Of a stretch of DNA of 64,000 bases, positions 53,601 through 59,177 are shown in pieces. The DNA is from Parcubacteria bacterium C7867-008. Its GTDB lineage: Bacteria > Patescibacteriota > Minisyncoccia > Phycocordibacterales > Phycocordibacteraceae. Both the position numbers and the translations under genes were made by a program. Positions within the stretch are counted from its first letter, which is position 1. Every line of letters starts with the position of its first letter. The notes below the pieces were generated by a model. That model searched no databases and was not told the DNA's origin. It saw only the letters and a program-made list of their open reading frames with translations. The stretch lies in contig LFCR01000004.1 in assembly GCA_001189215.1 (NCBI GenBank), forward strand, positions 313,635 to 377,634. Direction: 5' to 3'.

Positions 53601-55864
53601 TAGTCAGTTGAAGTTGTAGAGAAATAATTGTTTGTACTATCGAGACCAAGTACACCATTCACCACAGAAAGTCCGAGACCAGTGAGATCAGTAACGTAAT
53701 CACTACCGAGTGCAATCGCGCCACTTGCAATGCGTGGCAAGGTTGAAGTGCCCGTTCCTGTTGCGTTGAAGATATCTCCCGTAATCGTACCTGCAACCGT
53801 GAGAAGTGATGCTGGTGTAGTAGTACCGATACCAACGTTACCGCTCGTATCAATGGTTACGCGTGCAATGTTGTTCGTTATGAACTGAAGTGGATTTACA
53901 TCAAGGGTACCAAGTACGGCAGTGGCACCATATGAATTTCCTCCTTGTTCAAAAGAAGTACCGCTCGACGTTGTTCCGGTGAATGTAAGAACACCGTTAA
54001 CAACAGTAAGACCAGTACCAGCGAAATCGGTTATGTAGTCACCACCGATACCAAATGAATTCACTACAAGGTTAGGTAGTGTTGATGTTGCGCTTAGAGA
54101 TGTTGCGGTGAAGAACGGTGCGCTTATCTCTCCAGAACTTGTGAGCATGCCACCGAGAGTGAGTGTTCCATCAAGAGTTGAATCGCCAGTTACATGTAGT
54201 GAGCTTGCAGTAATATCGCCTCCGTTTACTACATCACCACCTCCACCACCACTCGAACTGCGACGAATGAGGCGTGCAAGACTCTCACTCACGCCTGTAA
54301 GGCGCATATCGAGCATTTCCTTCGTAACGCCACCTTCTGTTGAGTTATAGAAATTCTGAATATTCGTTACATTTGTGCTGTTTCCGCCTGTACCGTAGCC
54401 AATTCCGTAGTTTGGACGTGAAGCATCCCCAGGGATAGTAACGGCAGGGGGAAGCGGTACAACTGCAAGGTTTCTATTGCCTCGTAGGAATGCGAGCACG
54501 CGGTCAATACCTGTATGGACAGCGGCCTGCAAGCCATGAATTGCTTCGTAGGTAGCTAGTGCAACGCGGCGTCCAGCATTCAAGAATGACTCAGACGATA
54601 CTGGAGTAAATGGTGAGAATGACGCTGGGTTCGCAACAATCGTTGACACGTCAGCTGTATTTATTTCAGGGAGAGAGACATTTGGAATATTAGAGGCTGA
54701 TGCAAATAGTGCGTCTGTGGCGGCAGGAACATCAATTCGTGCGAGTGATACTGCGCCTCTCATCGCAAGAAGCTGATTGTCGATAGTCTGTTGAGTAGCA
54801 AGAGCGAGCGAACGAATGTTTGTGTTTGCACCTTCCACAAAAGCTATTGCTGCTGGACCCGCATTAATTTCTGCATCTGCTGCATATGCGACCACTGTGT
54901 TCGAACCTTCAGCCCAAGATGTAATTCCATATGCATATGCATCGAGCATTGAACCTGATGTACTTGGTGCGCGGGCAATCAGATCACGAGTAGTTGCTGC
55001 AACGGAGAGAGTATTCTCGCCTGCACGATTAATGCCGAGATTATATGTATCAAGTAATGAATACAACACATCTCGTGTATCCGAGCCGAAGGTAATATAT
55101 CCATCAAGTGCGCGTGCTGTAAGTGACACATCGCCCCCTATAAAACGACTGAACGCGCGCTCGGTGTGAGCGCGCGAATGCTGTAGCGTTGCAGCGCGTG
55201 CTGCTGCAACGTTGTACGCAATAATCCGGTGTCCTGTTTCTGCGCGTGCATCAGGCACATCAATACGCGCAAGCATTGAACGTATTGTTGCGCTGTCGAT
55301 TGCAGGTACAAGTGCTTTTGCAAACTGTGTACGTTCTTGAGGAATAGCATTCAGTGTTGCTGTAGCTGTTGACGCAACACGGAGCCGCGGCTCCGTTGCA
55401 GAATCACTATTTGATACTGCACGAACCGCATTCATCGCAAACGAACCTGCATGTTCAACAACAGAACCAATGGGGCCAAATGCTGCATAGACACTTCCGC
55501 CCATAACGATAAGTGATGCAATAAATGCTGCTGCTGGAGCACGTAGTACTGAAGCATAAGGGCTTCGGACTGTGGCACGAGACACTTTCTTGTTCCTATT
55601 GTCTATTTTTGAGGCGTTCCTTTGTGCCTGCTGATATTCCTTTTCGCGAGTCTGCGAAAGTTCTGTTGCAATATCGCGCTTTCGATCATCTTGCTCGCGA
55701 ACAAACTGCTCGAGTGAATCACGATCAATCAACCACGTTCGACCAACTTGAGTTCCGGTAATTTTTCCTGAGCGACAGAGGCGGGAAAGGTAGTCAGCAT
55801 TGTACCCCGACAGCGATGCTGCGTCCTTAGTGGAGAGAAGATTTTTTTGAAGGATCAAAGTCAT
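38624..55864 (-). CDS. giant multidomain surface protein (5,746 aa): N-terminal HTH, single TM, LVIVD propellers, phage-fibre repeats, S74-like domain
   Basis: One uninterrupted 17,241-nt ORF. Excisionase/MerR-type HTH at aa 1-60; a TM helix at about aa 108-130. A ~45-aa module (PWAQLSxNP...APxFVxGSSxATxFxVxNxGxVGIGT) occurs in more than 13 copies. Two LVIVD-repeat blocks carry GKYAYVADxxSGLQIIDISNP. Phage_fibre_2-like NTAxGxxALxxNTTG repeats, a SDERLKDINGL...ILYHWN S74-like chaperone domain, an Ig-like domain and a PTPAPEPA linker follow. Confidence 0.85.
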   Translation of the reverse strand: MTLILQKNLLSTKDAASLSGYNADYLSRLCRSGKITGTQVGRTWLIDRDSLEQFVREQDDRKRDIATELSQTREKEYQQAQRNASKIDNRNKKVSRATVRSPYASVLRAPAAAFIASLIVMGGSVYAAFGPIGSVVEHAGSFAMNAVRAVSNSDSATEPRLRVASTATATLNAIPQERTQFAKALVPAIDSATIRSMLARIDVPDARAETGHRIIAYNVAAARAATLQHSRAHTERAFSRFIGGDVSLTARALDGYITFGSDTRDVLYSLLDTYNLGINRAGENTLSVAATTRDLIARAPSTSGSMLDAYAYGITSWAEGSNTVVAYAADAEINAGPAAIAFVEGANTNIRSLALATQQTIDNQLLAMRGAVSLARIDVPAATDALFASASNIPNVSLPEINTADVSTIVANPASFSPFTPVSSESFLNAGRRVALATYEAIHGLQAAVHTGIDRVLAFLRGNRNLAVVPLPPAVTIPGDASRPNYGIGYGTGGNSTNVTNIQNFYNSTEGGVTKEMLDMRLTGVSESLARLIRRSSSGGGGGDVVNGGDITASSLHVTGDSTLDGTLTLGGMLTSSGEISAPFFTATSLSATSTLPNLVVNSFGIGGDYITDFAGTGLTVVNGVLTFTGTTSSGTSFEQGGNSYGATAVLGTLDVNPLQFITNNIARVTIDTSGNVGIGTTTPASLLTVAGTITGDIFNATGTGTSTLPRIASGAIALGSDYVTDLTGLGLSVVNGVLGLDSTNNYFSTTSTDYWFTTKTTDALAEGITNLYFTNARADARINATSTIGTLTSAPNLGTVATSLTGILKATAGVLSPAVAGVDYENPLSFAYPLVRAINSVSLAFGTTTANQWNALQQFNGGASTTALTVSGPSFLSSLIAGNATTTSLNTTTFGLNSSYFTSLTGSGLVNTAGVLTLDRTGDWTGTFDGQEGSYYLDLANHTGVLAQVNGGTGISTYNSGDILFADGSGNLTTLPIGSAGQVLKVQAGLPAWGLDQTISGGGGGDGVFATSSGLIYPQDTSNVVVIGGSATSTSNSIFEVIGQQYISSRLGIATTTAPTQLSVSGSGYFTGGIGVGILNTVAGTLRTSGNATIGGALAVTGALTAGNATTTSLNTTTFGLNSSYFTSLTGSGLVNTAGVLTLDRTGDWTGTFDGQEGSYYLNAVNLTNFGERFYSYFSATTTDALAEGLTNRYFTDARADARINATSTIGTLVSAPNLTTVNTSLTGLLKATAGVLSVASAGTDYQVPLVFTYPLINSSDVISLAFGTTTVNTWGAANNFTSTVALASTTPWGQLSVNPTAANGTAPSFVVGSSSATNFVITNAGRVGIGTAAPAAKLHAVSTTEQLRVGYDGSNYTSFTVAANGALTVSPQGVAGGTILYAGQGAVTNGWAIGGTDVRGLLTLQKSDTSTYAANTDMGDAGRTFVMENTNTGNNANQFANITLQINPAGSIGSGRVLTDIRSVRETVNSSNAFFLFSGFRNDGTYKDYARIGYDTSYYIGKLGVGSTTPWANLSVNPIASDGSAPAFVVGSSSATTFLVSNGGRVGIGTSTPGSLLSIQGIANFGTATSTFYSSGGINLSSGCFAINGSCIGGNTLSFAYPLQLSGTNVSLAFGTTTANQWSQLQDFNGGLTATTILTSGSITTGSQFIGLNADGASAPSFTWASDLTTGIFHAGANAIGFSTSGIERARFNSSGFLGIATTSPGSLLSIEGVANFTAATSTFYSTGGLNLTGGCYAINGTCLTLSSLVGTLGLGSGGTGTTTFYNGGVVFSDGTKLTQSSAAANFFWSESNKFLGLGTSTPWAQLSINPTATLGTSPAFVIGSSSATSFLVSNSGYVGIGTTTPAQRFSVDGKIYTTDTFTVATSVSGQFAPLSFQNSSAGATAHSIVVFKNDTSSTAGFYYNSSNRTADAGANGFGFYNDGSNGNVNFRAATGNFNFQSGIAASPTTLVSILNAGRVGVASTTPWAQLSVNPIATLGTAPAFVVGSSSATSFIVSNAGNVGIGTTNPQSNLQIGSQTSQSTASPVVVSLGGTFSSSAGNNPKLKLYDDGSTVFGLGVSGSQLDYIVPVSGSHVFYVSGSEKARVSSTGNFGVGTSTPWAQLSVNPIATLGTAPAFVVGSSSATSFIVSNAGRVGIGTTSPFAKFALAGGNFVQTAVGNPTLLGTYNTAGSAVVAQVIGSYAYVADAGSGLQIIDVSNPALPVLVGTYDTPGVAGAIAISGKYAYIADSGSGLQVIDISNPTAPALVGNYSISAFDYNGVAIVGRYAYVTDGTGANVVVIDISNPTAPVGVGFLSGLSAPSGISIAGKYAYVADDFSGLRVIDISSPANPRLVSTYDTPWIAEDVTVVGKYAYISDGGSPFASVQIVNISNPASVTSVGSFDTAGTAHSIFVAGRYAYVGDGSSGLQVLDVTNPAQPLLVGTYDTSGTAYGVTVVGKYAYVGDLSAGLQIIDINGVDVPALTAGNIATNVLNATDNIFSGGNISAWGTIMAGNGLNVNGFSTFNASTSRAQNISVLSVSNATSSAPIFTALYNGNVGIGTSSPFSKLSIHANSGETNTNLFTIGSSSPTATTTLFNILNNGNVGIGTSTPGSLLSIQGIANFTTATSTFQSSGGINLTNGCFAINGSCIGGNTLSFAYPLQLSGTNVSLAFGTTTANQWSQLQDFNGGLTATTINTTGSITTGSQFIGLSGDSASAPSFTWGSDLGTGIFHGSANTIGFSTSGIERGRFNSSGFFGVGTTSPGSLLSVGGIANFTTATSTFYSTGGLNLAAGCYAINGTCLSLSSLGGTLGLGSGGTGTTTFYNGGVVFSDGTKLTQSSAAANFFWSESNARLGLGTTTPYQTLSVVGTTTATGGFNVDSNTNLLSYQGSTTISVLGTSNFFGGLGANGSPTKTTGARNVFLGTGAGYGATASDGVYIGNNAGFGSSTLGANSGAFNIGIGTLALSTNTTGNNNIAIGGSALGSNTTGIRNQAIGTSALGSNTTASNNSAFGATALSSNTTGAANSAFGVFAMTNLLSGSNNTAVGVRAGGAITTGGDNTFLGTQSGTSGTGYITTGGNNIGIGFNTRFASATANNQLNIGNLLFGTLPATTSATSFLDATTGQIGIASSSPYAKLSIHANTGSTDKTLFAIGSSTLTATTTLFNILNNGNVGIGTTTPGSLLSIEGIVNFTNATSTFSSTGGINLTNGCFAVNGTCVGGNTLSFSYPLQLSGTNVSLAFGTTTANQWSQLQDFNGGLTATTINTTGSITTGSQFIGLNADGASAPSFTWASDLGTGIFHAGANTIGFTTSGIERARFNSSGFLGIATTSPSAALSVEGNFLVHGTATIDGLGSGLVKSTNGLLSVAVSGTDYQAPLTATYPIQLSSNILSLAFGTTTANTWGAANNFTSTVALASTTPWAQLSINPTAANGLAPSFAIGSSSATNFVVTNAGLVGIGTSSPFAKLALAGGNFIQTAFGNPTLMGTYDTPGQSFGVQVSGKYAYVADDSGGLQIIDISNPASPTLAGTYSSGAFIADVYVSGKYAYITDDTGALKVIDISNPTSPTLVGSYIGVDIPSGVYVSGKYAYVGYNSAGLLVIDISNPASPTLAGTFNTTGFATDVYVSGKYAYVADDTAGLQIIDISNPVAPSLAGTYNTTGFAAAVYVSGKYAYVADASSGLQIVDISNPVAPSLAGTYNTTGAAGGVYVSGKYAYVADGADGVQVVDISNAASPVLIGTFDTSGSTADVYVSGKYAYVADASSGLQIVDINGTEVPSLYAGNIATNVLNVTENITANGDIYAWGSLNAGSGLNVNGFSSFSASTTKSQNVSILSINNATSTAPIFTALYNGNVGLGTSTPWAQLSINPTATNATAPAFAIGSSTGTSFVVASTTNVGIGTAFPAAKLNISTAIEGDGLLITQTGTNFSPAIKLARSGINTTALALSGAANSWFVGAAQNDLAIRSNFNTKINIGIDNNAGTGIPTLTLAGSGTAALNTIQAGFGTTSPWGMVSINQSGNGTRPSFVVGSSTKTDFMVAGNGFVGVGSTTPWAQLSINPTAANGTAPAFSIGSSTATSFLVTSAGRVGIGTSTPGSTLSVGGSAYVSGFVVAQGASLSNTSGTLSFLPNTTALLVNADPAQVNRAVRITSSPYTIDIADVSSGVGLSATDGTNNAILSDSVIGAGINVTGATYGVYASSVTNKNYFGGSVGVATTTPWGRLSINPIASNGTSPAFVIGSSTATNFVVTNAGLVGIGTSTPGSLLSIQGIANFSTATSTFSSTGGINLTSGCFAINGTCVGGSSFSNTLANGGTATTTFYNGGVVFSDGTKLTQSSDPANFFWSESNKFLGLGTSTPWGRLSINPVFSSTGGINLTAGCFAINGTCVGAGSFSNTLAAGGTGTTTFYNGGVVFSDGSKLTQSASAANFFWSESTKNLGIGTSSPYARLSVAGEVVGSFFSATNTAATSTFAGALATANLKQFNNGVAQFSLDNGQFNFIRDFSSGLSLTPIGKIGVGTSSPMGILSIAGREASTGNGLDGLVVYADDASQFVELFDIAGTGGRIILNAGKGGGDDGIFGGGDGGALLFTAGDGGPYNGGSAGNGGDVFLAGGAVGSGGIGGRDGNVLLGVTANGDLRGNVGIASSTPWAQLSINPLATYGSVPSFAIGFSSTGGINLTAGCFAINGTCVGAGSFSNTLAAGGTATTSFYNGGVVFSDGTKLTQSSAAANFFWSESNTRLGLGTSTPTALLSINPTAALGSAPAFVIGSSTRSYLKVDANGQMTQYTVGASNPIVFGVDAGAPSYGAISLNGSLGDSTMVGFFGGGDSNLYFQTPTSGRIVFRANGTVGTTGTAQVNSAGFSINTNATNSSLNVLGNLGLGATYAGITAPTNGAIIEGFTGVGSSSPWGRLSVNPSAADGTAPSFVIGSSTGVKFIVTNSGYVGIGTATPAPGTAGRATLVIHDPTGNTGNELRLTGGNTAGRLYTNSSQFGLITETNDREIVISAGGTSSGVSIGANSTTRISVLGNTGNVGISSTTPWGSFSVNPNAIGTAPAFVVGSSSATSFLVSNGGSVGIGTTTPGSLLSIAGIANFTTATSTFYSSGGINLTSGCFAMNGVCLSTGSSFTNTLASGGTATTTFYNGGIVFSDGSKLTQAANSGASILKWDNTNGRLGIGTTTPNWLLSVSGAAGVRFKTTTDVSDAFAIENSVGSTTFNVSTVDSASSIFAVGTSTGSTYFMVGNGGNIGVGTTTPTAQLSTSGSVRFATFGAGTLQTDSLGNLSVSSDERLKDINGLFTRGLAEIQGLNPILYHWNATSSLDRSTLYAGFSAQNVQSVIPEAVDLGPQGYLSLSDRPILAASVNAIKDLAGRLEVLSMSTTTLGSRVSKLEHPDAEQPSEPKSLVASDINAQSLTLTGNALATGFIAPATPITFTIASTTGVLPSEILVEGGVDLYKAATYAITGVQSLTAQTALLAGRIDAVELRVAMLEAIASSTPGTGGTLTLTGLKDLLAQAGILIQNGIARFGSLAFTNLIAAPAADGTSSVATSTIAVGTTETIVTNPLMHTSSKIFVTITSPLNGSWYIREKQEGSFTITLASAQTEDVTFDYFIVQTEEQTQVASVAAPFTPPTPSAGEPTPTEPEPSVPGAPTITLNGDAAVDIAQGAYWADPGATATDAQGNDLTSQIAVTGTVDVNTSGLYTINYSVVDGVGQSAGVSRMVHVGAPQLPASEPTPTPAPEPAPTPAPEPAPTPAPEPAPAPVVLSAS
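38653..38724 (-). repeat. 3 x 24-bp perfect tandem repeat (encodes PT linker)
   Basis: GAGCTGGTTCCGGTGCTGGAGTAG appears three times exactly, in-frame, encoding (PTPAPEPA)x3. Confidence 0.9.
44500..45480 (-). repeat. LVIVD-repeat beta-propeller block 2 (coding, within giant gene)
   Basis: Seven or more units of SGKYAYVADxxxGLQIIDISNPxxPxLxGTY; approximate limits. Confidence 0.6.
48300..49330 (-). repeat. LVIVD-repeat beta-propeller block 1 (coding, within giant gene)
   Basis: Eight units starting GSYAYVADAGSGLQIIDVSNP; approximate limits. Confidence 0.6.
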
Positions 55865-56619
55865 GTCGGATATCCGAATTAACTAAATTCTATCGCACTA
55901 ATTCAGAATCTCTTCACTTTTATTTGTGGATAAAATTTACTATTTCCTCATGAACGTTTTTTAAGAAATTAATAGTGAATTCGGATACTGAAAAGTAATG
56001 AATTTTGATTCAAAATAGTTGCATCTAGCTCTTAGACTACCGTTAATTTTAAATTCTTTGAGAAGATTTAAATTTCTCGACCTAAAATCAAGCAATGCAG
56101 GTGGCAATTTCAGAAAGTCTCTACTGACATTCAGTACATCTATCCGCACAAATTGAACGCAATGAGCGAATTTGTAGAATAAGTTGTCAAAGTGTTTAAA
56201 ACGATGACTAGATTGCACTATTTAATCTAATTATTCATTTCCTGCACATATTTTATATATAGTGGTCGAGTATCCGATATACCTAGTATTTACTTACTAT
56301 TTTAATAATACTTATTTCCTATTAATCTTTTTGTTTAATAGCAGATAGCTTACTTGAAATACTCTGTGTCCAAACGAGACTGACACGAACTGCATATCTA
56401 TATGGAAATATATAAGTCTCATCTATAAATTCCTTTGCGTCGAGTATTTATACCTATGTATACGTTTAAATTGCTTAGAACGCATTTAAATGCCTTGTTT
56501 ATTCTTTAGTATAGGCAAAAACTCACTTATACGTGCAACATTAGTTTCTATAAATGAAAACTGCGCCTCATATTGGCGCAGTTTTCATTTATTTTTTGCC
56601 GAGATAACTATTCCTTTAT
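55865..56619. promoter_or_regulatory. 755-bp AT-rich non-coding leader/promoter region of the giant gene
   Basis: No credible ORF. Contains a 12-bp palindrome TCGGATATCCGA abutting the start codon, and a GTATCCGA(A/T) motif three times (55866, 55978 inverted, 56269). Confidence 0.5.
56556..56597. terminator. bidirectional intrinsic terminator
   Basis: GAAAACTGCGCC-tcatatt-GGCGCAGTTTTC perfect 12-bp stem followed by ATTTATTTTTT; it lies 23 nt past the stop of the 56620-57621 gene. Confidence 0.75.
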
Positions 56620-57621
56620 TTACTTAGTATAAGTGCTCGTTCCACCGAGAAAATCAAATATTGGTAGCAACATATTTGTGTCTTTAAGATAACGATCTGC
56701 AAAACCTGTACCTACTGCTGTAGTGGCTAGAGTAAGAAGAATGAGTGCAAGAAGGCCGGCGCGAACAATAATGGATCCTGAACCAGAATGAGTTCTTCTA
56801 CCTAGCATACGACGCTGCTTACGTGCCTCAGCAATAGCCTGTTTGCGCTCTTTCTTGCTTGGAACATGTACTTCCTGCTCTTCTAAAGCCTCTTCACGCT
56901 CTGCTTCTGTTGAATGATGTATCAAGACTGGCTCTGAACCTTGTTCTATCTCATCAAACTCAGGCTCTTCGATAGTTGCTATATGAGTATTTATAACTAC
57001 TGGTTCAGGCATCTCAACCACTGCAGGTGCTCGATATGCGGTGAAAGGAACTGAAATAACCTCATCTTCAGGATCTTCTTCCTCAATAACAGTGCTGTGC
57101 GTCTCTTTAAATGCCTGTATATTCTCTTCTATCTCGAGTTCACGATCATGTTCTTCCTCGCGTGCATCGATTATTTGAGGTGTTTCAATGAACGTATCTT
57201 GCTTTTGAGCAAACCATTCTTTCCACGCAGACTGCATATCTGAGAGAGATTCGGCAGTATCACCTGGCTCTTGAGCTTCATCAGGAGCTTCAATAGGCAT
57301 GGGGCGCTCTACAACGGGCATAACGGGCATTGAGGGGACCGTATCAGCAACATAGACAGGATTTTCCCACGTTGAAGAAGATACAGTCTCATCTTTTGGC
57401 ATAGCTATAACAGATTCTAAAACTGGTTCTGCGTGTGCATCTCCTCCGAAACGATGAGCACGTATAGAAGTCTCAAGTACATACCAGCTTCGTCCAACCA
57501 TACGAGCCTCTACATGTCCTTCGCGACATAGCTGCCCAACGTAATCCTTTGCGTACCCAGTTATATCTGCAGCCTTTTTAGACGAGATATATTGCTTGCC
57601 GTCGATAGTAAGTTCATTCAT
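56620..57621 (-). CDS. HTH (excisionase/MerR-like) domain membrane protein, paralogous N-terminus to giant protein
   Basis: N-terminal KKAADITGYAKDYVGQLCREGHVEARMVGRSWYVL is very similar to the giant protein N-terminus (KDAASLSGYNADYLSRLCRSGKITGTQVGRTWLI). It has an acidic middle region and a C-terminal TM helix (IIVRAGLLALILLTLATTAVG). Confidence 0.6.
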   Translation of the reverse strand: MNELTIDGKQYISSKKAADITGYAKDYVGQLCREGHVEARMVGRSWYVLETSIRAHRFGGDAHAEPVLESVIAMPKDETVSSSTWENPVYVADTVPSMPVMPVVERPMPIEAPDEAQEPGDTAESLSDMQSAWKEWFAQKQDTFIETPQIIDAREEEHDRELEIEENIQAFKETHSTVIEEEDPEDEVISVPFTAYRAPAVVEMPEPVVINTHIATIEEPEFDEIEQGSEPVLIHHSTEAEREEALEEQEVHVPSKKERKQAIAEARKQRRMLGRRTHSGSGSIIVRAGLLALILLTLATTAVGTGFADRYLKDTNMLLPIFDFLGGTSTYTK

Positions 57622-57705
57622 ACATAAAGTATAAGGCTATCTCGTCTTGTATGGAATAGAATATCAACAGTAGATAAAGGATAACTAAATCAGTGTTGCT
57701 TCTCC

Positions 57706-59124
57706 CTATTTCGATAATTCTGCAAGTAACAACTCTTTGATTAGCCCAGGGTTCCCTGCTCCTTTGGTTGCCTTCATAGCCTGACCAACTAAGAACTGGA
57801 GGGACGATTCCTTGCCTGCTCGATACTCAGCAGCTACAGCCTCATTAGCTGCAATAACCTCTTGTACTGCGGTAGTGAGGGCCCCAGTATCGCTCACCTG
57901 GATCAAGTTGTGAGTCTGTGCCAAAACCTCAGGATCTCCACCCTCAATAGCGAGTAGTGCGAGTGTATCCTTTGCGCCACGTGATGAAAGCTTATTCGCA
58001 GCAATCATACGAATAAGTTTCGTAAATGATTCAGGAGTTACGTGCACTTCACTCGTTGCGTTTGCATAAATACCTGCAAGATCAGATACGAAATAATTTA
58101 TTGCATGTGTACGTAGATTTGTATCGTCTTTAACTAGCGCAATAACTTCATCAAAGAATGATGTACGCTGCATATCATTTGCTACATACGCAGCATCTTC
58201 TTCTTTCATTCCGAATGCGATGTACCGTGCACGCTTTTCCCACGGTAGTTCTGGTAGTGATGCTTTAAGTGCTTCATCGCTCCATTCAGGAATTCGAGAA
58301 CGATATATTTTAGGAATATCGGGCTCAGGGAAATAGCGATAATCAGCACTCCCTTCCTTCAAACGCTGATGGAATGTTACCTGTTTATTCTCATCCCAAC
58401 CGCGCGTTGCCTGCTGCACCGTTCCTCCCTCTTCAAGAAGTTTGATCTGTCTTTCAACTTCATAATCAATTGCACGCTCGACAGAGCGGAATGAATTTAA
58501 GTTCTTAACTTCAACCTTTGTACCAAAGGTATCTGTTTTTGATACGGAAATATTTGCCTCAATTCGCATCTCCCCTTTCTCAAGGTTTGCGTGAGACACT
58601 CCAAGGGTACGAAGAAGCAGCTGTAATTCTCGTGCAAACTTTCCTGCAGTTTCCGCGTCGTGAATGACCGGTTCTGTTACCAACTCCATGAGTGGAACTC
58701 CTGCACGATTGAAATCTACAAGACTTGCGCCAGCTGCATGTGATGAGCGTGCCGTGTCTTCCTCAAGATGCACACGCGTAATGGCAACACCTGCAAGTTC
58801 TCCTCCTGCAACGAATGGGTACTCAAACTGACTGATCTGATATCCCTTCGGAATGTCTGGGTAGAAATATGATTTACGATCGAACTCACTGTAGTCAGCA
58901 AGTTTTGCACCAAGCGCGGTGCCAACGCGAAGTACGTTATGAATTGCGTCACGATTAGGAACAGGAAGTGTGCCTGGGTGTGCAAGACATACTGGGCACA
59001 CGTTTACATTCGGACGTGTTTCTTCCGGATCGTTCGGTGAGTCACAAAACATCTTAGTCTTTGTGGCGAGTTCAGCATGAACTTCAAGACCTATGGTGGT
59101 GCGGTATCCAGATGTGTCTGACAT
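57706..59124 (-). CDS. gatB: aspartyl/glutamyl-tRNA(Asn/Gln) amidotransferase subunit B
   Basis: Full-length similarity to GatB (TTIGLEVHAEL, CPVCLAHPGTLPV, YFPEPDIP). Confidence 0.9.
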   Translation of the reverse strand: MSDTSGYRTTIGLEVHAELATKTKMFCDSPNDPEETRPNVNVCPVCLAHPGTLPVPNRDAIHNVLRVGTALGAKLADYSEFDRKSYFYPDIPKGYQISQFEYPFVAGGELAGVAITRVHLEEDTARSSHAAGASLVDFNRAGVPLMELVTEPVIHDAETAGKFARELQLLLRTLGVSHANLEKGEMRIEANISVSKTDTFGTKVEVKNLNSFRSVERAIDYEVERQIKLLEEGGTVQQATRGWDENKQVTFHQRLKEGSADYRYFPEPDIPKIYRSRIPEWSDEALKASLPELPWEKRARYIAFGMKEEDAAYVANDMQRTSFFDEVIALVKDDTNLRTHAINYFVSDLAGIYANATSEVHVTPESFTKLIRMIAANKLSSRGAKDTLALLAIEGGDPEVLAQTHNLIQVSDTGALTTAVQEVIAANEAVAAEYRAGKESSLQFLVGQAMKATKGAGNPGLIKELLLAELSK

Positions 59125-59177
59125 ACGCTTAGCCTAGAGGTTAGGGGGCAAACGCGCAACCGACACTTTCGGCCAGT

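Noticed and set aside
38870-55761. Dozens of 60-190-aa plus-strand ORFs antisense to the giant gene (for example 41862-42440, 46734-47252, 45330-45773)
   Set aside because: They are shadow ORFs of a repetitive minus-strand coding sequence. They are repetitive and Pro/Val-rich, and the single 17-kb minus-strand frame fully explains the region.
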